From contig JBIIJQ010000004.1 of the NCBI GenBank assembly GCA_044233655.1, forward strand, positions 16,079-80,078: a stretch of 64,000 nucleotides of DNA, written 5' to 3'. Under the pieces are notes generated by a model. That model searched no databases. It saw only the letters and a program-made list of their open reading frames with translations, and was not told the DNA's origin. The translations under genes were made by a program, and so were the position numbers. Positions 57,010 through 64,000 of the stretch are shown here, piece after piece (the first letter of the stretch is position 1; each line of letters opens with the position of its first letter). The stretch is from Chitinophagaceae bacterium (GTDB taxonomy: Bacteria; Bacteroidota; Bacteroidia; Chitinophagales; Chitinophagaceae).

Positions 57010-57033
57010 CCATAAGAAAGAAAACAAATTAAA

Positions 57034-58932
57034 ATGGGAAAAATTATAGGAATTGACCTTGGTACAACCAACTCATGTGTGAGTGTAATGGAAGGTAACG
57101 AACCGGTAGTAATTGCAAATGATGAAGGGAAACGCACTACCCCTTCCGTGGTCGCTTTTTTGAAAAATGGCGAGCGCAAAATTGGTGATCCGGCAAAACG
57201 TCAGGCTATCACGAATCCAGTGAATACAATTATGAGTATCAAACGCTTTATGGGTCGTCGATTTGACGAAGTTGGTGGCGAAATAGCTCAAAGTACATAT
57301 AAAATAGTAAAAGGCGACAACAATACACCGCGTGTGGATATTGATGGTCGTTTGTATACACCACAAGAAATTTCTGCTATGGTGTTGCAAAAAATGAAAA
57401 AAACGGCTGAAGATTTCTTAGGTCATGAAGTGACTGAAGCTGTTATCACAGTTCCGGCTTACTTTAACGATGCACAACGTCAAGCTACAAAAGAAGCGGG
57501 CGAAATAGCAGGTTTAACTGTAAAACGTATCATCAACGAGCCTACTGCAGCTGCTTTGGCTTATGGTTTGGACAAAAAGAATCAAGATTCTAAAATCGTA
57601 GTTTTTGATTTAGGTGGTGGTACATTTGACGTATCCGTACTTGAATTGGGCGATGGTGTATTTGAAGTAAAATCTACCAATGGTGATACACACTTGGGTG
57701 GCGATGACTTTGATAAAATGGTAATGGACTGGTTAGCTGACGAATTTAAAGCGGAAGAAAATGTGGATTTGAGAAAAGATCCTATGAGCTGGCAGCGTTT
57801 GAAAGAAGCTTCTGAAAAAGCGAAGATTGAACTTTCGTCTTCTACAGAAACAGAAATCAATTTGCCGTACATCACAGCCATCGATAATGTACCGAAACAC
57901 TTGGTGAAGAAATTGACACGTGCTAAATTTGAACAATTAGTAGATAGTTTAGTAGAAAGAACCTTGGAGCCATGTCGTAAAGCATTGAAAGATGCAGGTA
58001 TTACAGCAGCTGAATTAGACGAAGTGATATTGGTAGGTGGTAGTACGCGTATACCTAAAATACAAGAAGTTGTTGAGAAATTTTTTGGCAAAAAACCAAA
58101 CAGAAGTGTAAACCCTGATGAAGTTGTAGCAATTGGTGCATCTATTCAAGGTGGTGTTTTGACAGGAGAAGTAAAGGATGTATTGCTTTTAGATGTAACA
58201 CCTTTGTCATTGGGTATTGAAACCCTTGGTGGTGTGTTCACAAAATTGATCGAAAGCAACACGACGATCCCTTCAAAAAAATCAGAAGTGTTCTCTACAG
58301 CAGCTGAAAACCAACCAAGTGTTGAAATCAATGTATTGCAAGGAGAGCGTCCAATGGCCAAAGACAACAAAAATTTAGGTCGATTTATCTTGGATGGCAT
58401 TCCGCCAGCACCACGTGGTGTTCCACAAGTGGAAGTAACATTTGACATTGATGCCAATGGTATCTTGCAAGTGAGTGCAATGGATAAAGGAACAGGTAAA
58501 AAACAAAATATCCGTATCGAAGCAGGCAGTGGTTTGAGCAAAGAAGACATCGAAAAGATGAAAAACGATGCTAAAATGAACGAAGAAGCGGACAATAAAT
58601 TGAAAGAAGAGATTGAAAAAGTAAATATGGCTGATAGTCAAATTTTCAATACTGAAAAGCAATTGAAAGATTACGGCGAAAAATTACCAGCTGACAAGAA
58701 AATTGTGATTGAAGAAGCATTGGTTAAGTTGAAAACTGCTCATGCAGCTAAAGACATAGTTGCAATTGATTCTTCACTCGAAGAGTTAAACAATGCATGG
58801 CAAGCGGCAAGTGAGGAGCTTTATAAAGCTATGAATGATCAGCAAGCAGGCGGAACTCAAGAACCAGGCTCTGAAGGTCCTACAGCTTCAACCGACGATG
58901 TTCAAGATGCTGAAATCGTAGAGGAAAAATAA
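57034..58932 (+). CDS. dnaK: Molecular chaperone DnaK (Hsp70)
   Basis: 632 aa. Contains [22 protein letters not shown] and [14 protein letters not shown]. Confidence 0.98.
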   Translation: MGKIIGIDLGTTNSCVSVMEGNEPVVIANDEGKRTTPSVVAFLKNGERKIGDPAKRQAITNPVNTIMSIKRFMGRRFDEVGGEIAQSTYKIVKGDNNTPRVDIDGRLYTPQEISAMVLQKMKKTAEDFLGHEVTEAVITVPAYFNDAQRQATKEAGEIAGLTVKRIINEPTAAALAYGLDKKNQDSKIVVFDLGGGTFDVSVLELGDGVFEVKSTNGDTHLGGDDFDKMVMDWLADEFKAEENVDLRKDPMSWQRLKEASEKAKIELSSSTETEINLPYITAIDNVPKHLVKKLTRAKFEQLVDSLVERTLEPCRKALKDAGITAAELDEVILVGGSTRIPKIQEVVEKFFGKKPNRSVNPDEVVAIGASIQGGVLTGEVKDVLLLDVTPLSLGIETLGGVFTKLIESNTTIPSKKSEVFSTAAENQPSVEINVLQGERPMAKDNKNLGRFILDGIPPAPRGVPQVEVTFDIDANGILQVSAMDKGTGKKQNIRIEAGSGLSKEDIEKMKNDAKMNEEADNKLKEEIEKVNMADSQIFNTEKQLKDYGEKLPADKKIVIEEALVKLKTAHAAKDIVAIDSSLEELNNAWQAASEELYKAMNDQQAGGTQEPGSEGPTASTDDVQDAEIVEEK

Positions 58933-58952
58933 ATTGGATAATGTTTATTATA

Positions 58953-58982
58953 AAAAAGGCTACCGTAAAAGGTAGCCTTTTT
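58953..58982 (+). terminator. Rho-independent terminator
   Basis: AAAAAGGCTACC-GTAAAA-GGTAGCCTTTTT. Confidence 0.8.
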
Positions 58983-59450
58983 GGGTTTAAAAAATGGGAT
59001 TGACATTAATGTGTTTTGAGAATGTTTGGAAAAACAAGTATGAAATAATTATTGACAGTTCAATCAAGAATTTTTATTTTATTAGGATACAGGTTCTAAT
59101 GTTTATATTATTCTAGATACATTATGCTCCAATTTTAACATATTTATTAAAGCTAAAACCTGCCTTTTTTTAATTTAATAGAGCAAATACTTATTTAATG
59201 TATGTGTAAAATTTGTTTAAGATTGAAATTTATATTTTGTTGTTAACCAACAAAGTAGAATCTAAACGAAATCAACATACCTATATGTATAGAAACAGGC
59301 TATTTATAGAACTTTATAAATTAATAAAAAACGTAATATAAGTACAATTAACAATAAAAAAACAAAAAAAAGTGGGTGTAAAAAAGGTATTAAGTACCTG
59401 TAAATCAAGCATTTAAGGATGATTTTTATAATAAATACAAAAAAATAACA

Positions 59451-59467
59451 ATTGGTGTAACACCAAT
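59451..59467. repeat. Isolated A-core-like palindrome upstream of the giant adhesin gene
   Basis: ATTGGTG-TAA-CACCAAT is perfect. It has the same arms as the inner palindrome of A1 and A2. Confidence 0.5.
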
Positions 59468-59606
59468 AATGCAACTAGTAATCAAAAGTTTTTATACTTT
59501 CGCGTACTACTTAAAATTATAATCTACTAATAACCTAAAAGTAATGAAAGAATCGTGCCAAACTTTAAAAAAAGTTAGTTTTTTTAAAAAAAATAATCAA
59601 AACAAC

Positions 59607-62600
59607 ATGAAAAAATTTTATTCAACCTCAGCCAAAGGTATTTTAAGCTTAATTCTTATTTTATTAAGTTTATTCAAATCAAATGCTCAATGTACTTGTA
59701 TTGGAAATTTGGTTCAAAATCCAAGTTTTGAAAGTGGAACAAATAGCTGGAATTGGTCGGGAGGAAATCTCTCAGCTGGCGGTGGAGCGATTGCTTGTGG
59801 AGCATTCTCTGGTGATTTTCAAATTACAAATGCTGGCAGTAACTGGGCTTCTCAGACTATAGGTAGTGGAAATTTGTTGCCAGGAGGTACACTCGCGTTA
59901 GGTGTTTTTGCAGGCACTCATGATGCAAGCTATTACCATAGCGTTGGGTTTGATTTTTTTGATGCCAACTGGAATTGGATTTCTAGTAGTAAAGTTGAGG
60001 TAAATAAGGTATTGGCAAACTCGCCAGTAGGTCCTCAATTGTATAACCTTTCTGCAACTATCCCAGCCAATACATATTATGTTAGCGTTGCTTTTACAGG
60101 AACAGGGAGTTGGATTAAAACAGACGGCTGGTGTGTAACCTATACAGCGCCCAATTCAGTTTGTGATCCCAATAATACATCTGCATCAAGCGGATTTTGC
60201 GCACCTATTGTTTCATGTACAGGTACATCGTTTAATTGGTCTCAGACTATCAATCAGTCAACTGGAAATCCTTCTATTGTAAAACTAATTTCAGGAAGTA
60301 CTAATTCTTATACAATTAATTCGGGTTTGCCTACTGCGCTTGTTAATGGGCCAGCTACAATAAATATATCTAACATAGTTACTTATGATGGATATTCTAC
60401 AAGAAATACTGTTACCCAATCAAATGAAAGATTAAGAATGATATTTAAAAAAGGTGGAATCGTTGTTTACACTTCACCTTATACCAATGATTTGGCTGAT
60501 TTACAAAAACAAGCTTATTGGCAAGGTGCTTTGGGTACAAGTTTTTATGCCGCAAATGGTATTGATCAAATTATATTCGAACATTATGATGTAGCAAATG
60601 GATATAATGGACCTGGGTCTTTAGTACCTTCTAGTTTTTGTTTAAATTATTCTACTTGCGATAATGTGACTTCGGCAGGTTCTATTGGCTATGACGAAAC
60701 ATTATGTGGTACTTCTGTAGACCCAACATTAATTCAAAATTTAAGTCTCCCATCAGGTGGTTCTGGTACAATTGAATATGTATGGTTAGCTTCTATAGAT
60801 GGAGGAACAACCACAACGGTTATTGCAGGTGCAAACTCAGCTTCATACGATCCAGGTGTTATAACTCAAACCACTTGGTACCGTCGTTGCGCTCGTCGTT
60901 CCGGTTGTACTGATTATGTAGGTGAATCTAATTGGGTAATGAAAGAAGTTACCTCATGTTGCAGCAACGTAACTAGTGGTGGTACAATTGGATCTAATGA
61001 AACTTTTTGTGGTTCAAGTTTTGATCCTGTAAATATTACGAATATCACTTTGCCATCAGGTGGAACAGGGACCTTAGAATATGTTTGGTTAGTTTCTACA
61101 GATGCTGGTGTGAATTATACAGTTATTGCTGGTGCAAATGCTTCGTTTTACGATCCAGGTGTAATAACACAAACTACATGGTATCGTAGATGTGCTCGTC
61201 GTGCAGGTTGTGCAAGTTATGTAGGGGAATCAGATTGGATTAAAAAAGAAGTATGTCCATTGCCAACAGCGAATGCTGGAGTTGATAAAAATCTAAATTG
61301 TACTACGACTTCAACTACAATAGGCTCAACATCTATTGCTGGTAATACTTACAGTTGGAGTCCTTCAACTGGATTGAGTTCTACTTCAATAGCTCAACCA
61401 ACAGCAAATCCTTCAGTTACAACTACTTATACAGTTACAATCACAAATGCATGTGGATGTACTTCAACAGATGCAGTAATAGTAAATGTAAATAATACAA
61501 TACCTGTTGCAGATGCTGGCATAGATAAAAACTTAAACTGTACAACAACATCAACAACAATAGGAACAACGGGTATAGTTGGAAATTCATACAGTTGGAG
61601 TCCTTCAACAGGTTTGAGTTCATCAACAATAGCTCAACCAACTGCAAGTCCATCTGCAACAACTACTTATACAGTAACAGTAACAGGTGCTAATGGTTGT
61701 GTAGCAACAGACGTAGTAATTGTAAATGTGAACACTACATTGCCAACAATAAATGCAGGTGTAGATAAAAACTTAAATTGTACAACAACATCAACAACAA
61801 TTGGTTCTACTTCAATAGTAGGAAATACCTATAGTTGGAGTCCATCAACAGGTTTGAGTTCATCAACAATAGCTCAACCAACTGCAAGTCCATCTGTAAC
61901 AACTACTTATACAGTAACAGTAACAGGTGCAAATGGTTGTACAGCAACAGATGCTGTAGTTGTGAATGTAAACACAACATCACCAAGTGCAGATGCTGGT
62001 GTAGATAAAAATCTAAATTGTACAACTACTTCTACAACCATAGGAACAACGGGTATTGTTGGTAATTCATATTCATGGAGCCCAGCATCAGGCTTGAGTT
62101 CTACAACTGTAGCGCAACCGATCGCTAACCCAACAACTACAACCACTTACACAGTAACAGTAACGAATGCAGCAAATGGATGTACATCTACTGATGCAAT
62201 TGTAGTAAATGTAAACACAACATTACCAACAGCAAATGCTGGTTTAGATATTAACTTGAATTGTACAACTACTTCAGGATTGATAGGAACTGCATCTATA
62301 GTTGGAAATACATACAGTTGGAGTCCTTCAACCGGCTTAAGTTCTACAACAATTGCTCAACCAACAGCTAATCCATCAGTAACAACAACTTACACAGTAA
62401 CAGTAACAGGTGCCAACGGATGTACAGCAACAGATGCAGTAGTTGTAAATGTAAATACAACTTTACCAACAGTAGATGCTGGTTTAGATAAAAACCATGA
62501 CTGCAATACAACAAGTTCACCAATAGGAACAATAGCAATCGTAGGCAATACTTATACCTGGTCACCTGCAACAGGTTTAAGCTCAACAACTGATGCTCAG

Positions 62601-64000
62601 CCAACAGCAAGCCCATCAGTAACAACAACCTATACAGTAACCGTAACAGGTGCAAATGGATGTACAGCAACAGATGCAGTAGTAGTGAATGTAAATACAA
62701 CATTGCCAACTGTAAATGCAGGTGTAGATAAAAACTTAAATTGTACAACAACATCAACAACAATTGGTTCTACATCAATCGTTGGAAATACATACAGCTG
62801 GAGTCCTTCAACAGGCTTAAGTTCTACAACAATTGCTCAACCAACAGCAAACCCAACAACCTCAATAACTTATACAGTAACTGTAACTGGTGCAAATGGA
62901 TGTACATCTACTGATGCAATTGTCATAAATGTAAACACAACATTACCAACAGCAAATGCTGGTTTAGATATTAACTTGAATTGTACAACTACTTCAGGAT
63001 TGATAGGAACTGCATCTATAGTAGGAAATACGTATAGTTGGAGTCCTTCAACAGGTTTGAGTTCTACAACAATTGCTCAACCAACAGCTAATCCATCTGT
63101 ATCTACAACTTACACCGTAACAGTAACAGGTGCAAATGGTTGTGTAGCAACAGATGCAGTAGTAGTAAATGTAAACACAACATTACCAACAGCAAATGCT
63201 GGTGCGGATATCAACTTGAATTGTACAACTACTTCAGGAATGATAGGAACTGCATCTATAGTAGGAAATACTTACAGTTGGAGTCCTTCAACCGGCTTAA
63301 GTTCAACAACAATAGCTCAACCAACAGCTAATCCATCTGTAACAACAACCTATACAGTAACCGTAACAGGTGCAAATGGATGTATAGCAACAGATGCAGT
63401 AGTAGTGAATGTAAATACTACATTGCCAACTGTAAATGCAGGTATAGATAAAAACTTAAATTGTACAACAACATCAACAACAATTGGATCTACATCAATC
63501 GTTGGAAATACATACAGTTGGAGTCCAGCTTCAGGTTTAAGCTCTACAACAATAGCGCAACCAACAGCTAATCCTTCAACAACAACAACTTATATAGTAA
63601 CCGTAACTGGTGCAAATGGATGTACTGCAACAGATGCAGTAGTTGTGAATGTAAACACAACATCACCAACTGTGGATGCTGGTACAGACAAAAACCATGA
63701 CTGTAACACAACAAGTTCAATGATCGGAACTGTAGCAATCGTAGGTAATTCATATAGCTGGAGCCCTTCAACAGGCTTAAGTTCAACAACAGATGCAATG
63801 CCAACAGCAAGCCCATCAGTAACAACAACTTATACAATAACCGTAACTGGTGCAAATGGATGTACATCAACAGATGCAGTAGTTGTGAATGTAAATACTA
63901 CATTACCAACAGTGGATGCTGGTACAGACAAAAACCATGACTGTAACACAACAAGTTCAATGATCGGAACTGCAGCAATCGTAGGTAATACCTATAGCTG
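59607..64000 (+). CDS. Giant repeat-rich cell-surface protein (probable T9SS adhesin); the 3' end runs off the window
   Basis: Absent from the ORF track because there is no stop in the window. ATG at 59607 and signal peptide MKKFYSTSAKGILSLILILLSLFKSNAQ. A CBM-like N-domain (NPSFESGTNSWNWSG) is followed by 2 x 101-aa modules and at least 11 x 80-aa repeats. The frame is open for 1464 codons. Confidence 0.85.
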   Translation, partial: MKKFYSTSAKGILSLILILLSLFKSNAQCTCIGNLVQNPSFESGTNSWNWSGGNLSAGGGAIACGAFSGDFQITNAGSNWASQTIGSGNLLPGGTLALGVFAGTHDASYYHSVGFDFFDANWNWISSSKVEVNKVLANSPVGPQLYNLSATIPANTYYVSVAFTGTGSWIKTDGWCVTYTAPNSVCDPNNTSASSGFCAPIVSCTGTSFNWSQTINQSTGNPSIVKLISGSTNSYTINSGLPTALVNGPATINISNIVTYDGYSTRNTVTQSNERLRMIFKKGGIVVYTSPYTNDLADLQKQAYWQGALGTSFYAANGIDQIIFEHYDVANGYNGPGSLVPSSFCLNYSTCDNVTSAGSIGYDETLCGTSVDPTLIQNLSLPSGGSGTIEYVWLASIDGGTTTTVIAGANSASYDPGVITQTTWYRRCARRSGCTDYVGESNWVMKEVTSCCSNVTSGGTIGSNETFCGSSFDPVNITNITLPSGGTGTLEYVWLVSTDAGVNYTVIAGANASFYDPGVITQTTWYRRCARRAGCASYVGESDWIKKEVCPLPTANAGVDKNLNCTTTSTTIGSTSIAGNTYSWSPSTGLSSTSIAQPTANPSVTTTYTVTITNACGCTSTDAVIVNVNNTIPVADAGIDKNLNCTTTSTTIGTTGIVGNSYSWSPSTGLSSSTIAQPTASPSATTTYTVTVTGANGCVATDVVIVNVNTTLPTINAGVDKNLNCTTTSTTIGSTSIVGNTYSWSPSTGLSSSTIAQPTASPSVTTTYTVTVTGANGCTATDAVVVNVNTTSPSADAGVDKNLNCTTTSTTIGTTGIVGNSYSWSPASGLSSTTVAQPIANPTTTTTYTVTVTNAANGCTSTDAIVVNVNTTLPTANAGLDINLNCTTTSGLIGTASIVGNTYSWSPSTGLSSTTIAQPTANPSVTTTYTVTVTGANGCTATDAVVVNVNTTLPTVDAGLDKNHDCNTTSSPIGTIAIVGNTYTWSPATGLSSTTDAQPTASPSVTTTYTVTVTGANGCTATDAVVVNVNTTLPTVNAGVDKNLNCTTTSTTIGSTSIVGNTYSWSPSTGLSSTTIAQPTANPTTSITYTVTVTGANGCTSTDAIVINVNTTLPTANAGLDINLNCTTTSGLIGTASIVGNTYSWSPSTGLSSTTIAQPTANPSVSTTYTVTVTGANGCVATDAVVVNVNTTLPTANAGADINLNCTTTSGMIGTASIVGNTYSWSPSTGLSSTTIAQPTANPSVTTTYTVTVTGANGCIATDAVVVNVNTTLPTVNAGIDKNLNCTTTSTTIGSTSIVGNTYSWSPASGLSSTTIAQPTANPSTTTTYIVTVTGANGCTATDAVVVNVNTTSPTVDAGTDKNHDCNTTSSMIGTVAIVGNSYSWSPSTGLSSTTDAMPTASPSVTTTYTITVTGANGCTSTDAVVVNVNTTLPTVDAGTDKNHDCNTTSSMIGTAAIVGNTYS
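60657..61262 (+). repeat. 2 x 303-bp (101-aa) tandem modules inside the adhesin gene
   Basis: C(D/S)NVTS.G.IG..ET.CG.S.DP..I.N..LPSGG.GT.EYVWL.S.D.G......I.GAN...YDPGVITQTTWYRRCARR.GC..YVGES.W..KEV, present twice. Confidence 0.85.
61263..64000 (+). repeat. Tandem 240-bp (80-aa) coding repeats, 11.4 units in the window
   Basis: Units start at about 61270 + 240n. The consensus is PTANAG.DKNLNCTTTSTTIG...IVGNTYSWSP.TGLSS..IAQPTANPS.TTTYTVTVTGANGC.ATDAVVVNVN. Blocks 62183-62322 and 62903-63042 are near-identical, at a 720-bp offset. Confidence 0.9.

Noticed and set aside
61441-63870. Leu-rich antisense ORFs (61441-61662, 61907-62146, 62368-62763, 63568-63870) and the plus-strand ORF 63140-63331
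   Set aside because: They lie inside or opposite the 240-bp coding repeats of the giant plus-strand gene. Their low-complexity Leu/His composition is the mirror of the T/S/N-rich sense frame.
1-64000. tRNA, rRNA, IS elements, prophage structural genes or integrases
   Set aside because: None was recognised. There are no T-loop/acceptor-like GTTCGAATC-type motifs in the intergenic DNA, and no transposase- or integrase-like ORFs in the track or in my reading of the gaps.

Overview
This is a low-GC chromosome segment of Bacteroidota type. Supporting evidence: gldC, PorP/SprF, several T9SS C-terminal-domain cargo proteins, TAnnTTTG-type -7 boxes and ribosomal protein bTHX. About 45 kb is ordinary core DNA: cvpA, yqeY, gldC, a PorP/SprF plus giant cargo pair, nifU-like, rpoN, DUF349, Leu-type dehydrogenase, LUD protein, ftsH, rsfS, birA, a BNR propeller gene, amidohydrolase, xth, HU, bTHX, CBS protein, two rlpA-like genes, murB, chrA, DUF3108, gcvP, dnaK, and a giant repeat adhesin that runs off the 3' edge. 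No rRNA, tRNA, CRISPR, transposase or recombinase gene was seen. The main feature is an 18.9-kb accessory island (17205-36068) between birA and the BNR propeller gene. It holds a Type I R-M operon (hsdM-hsdS-GxxExxY-hsdR) followed by about nine small gene cassettes. Each cassette is closed at its 3' end by one of four families of GC-rich or palindromic structured repeats, which I name A-D ad hoc. These repeats are confined to the island, and B-family orientation follows the strand of the gene it trails. Part of the cargo looks like immunity or envelope-protection functions: a DUF1311/LprI-like protein, a CPBP/Abi protease, a membrane SRPBCC protein, small cytoplasmic orphans, and a membrane J-domain three-gene operon. 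The layout resembles integron or recombinase-associated immunity-gene arrays, but the repeats are not canonical attC sites and no recombinase is in the window. Other notable items: an HTH regulator and a truncated paralog sharing a 47-aa tail with 13 synonymous and 0 nonsynonymous differences; a 7-8 x 21-bp iteron array between divergent promoters; 9-nt-periodic TGATT arrays around the GxxExxY gene; a 4 x 12-nt repeat in the hsdS spacer helix; a ParE/RelE toxin with an in-frame stop; a nested-inverted-repeat leader before dnaK; and 240-bp/720-bp repeats in the adhesin. All functional calls rest on my reading of the supplied translations; no database search was run.
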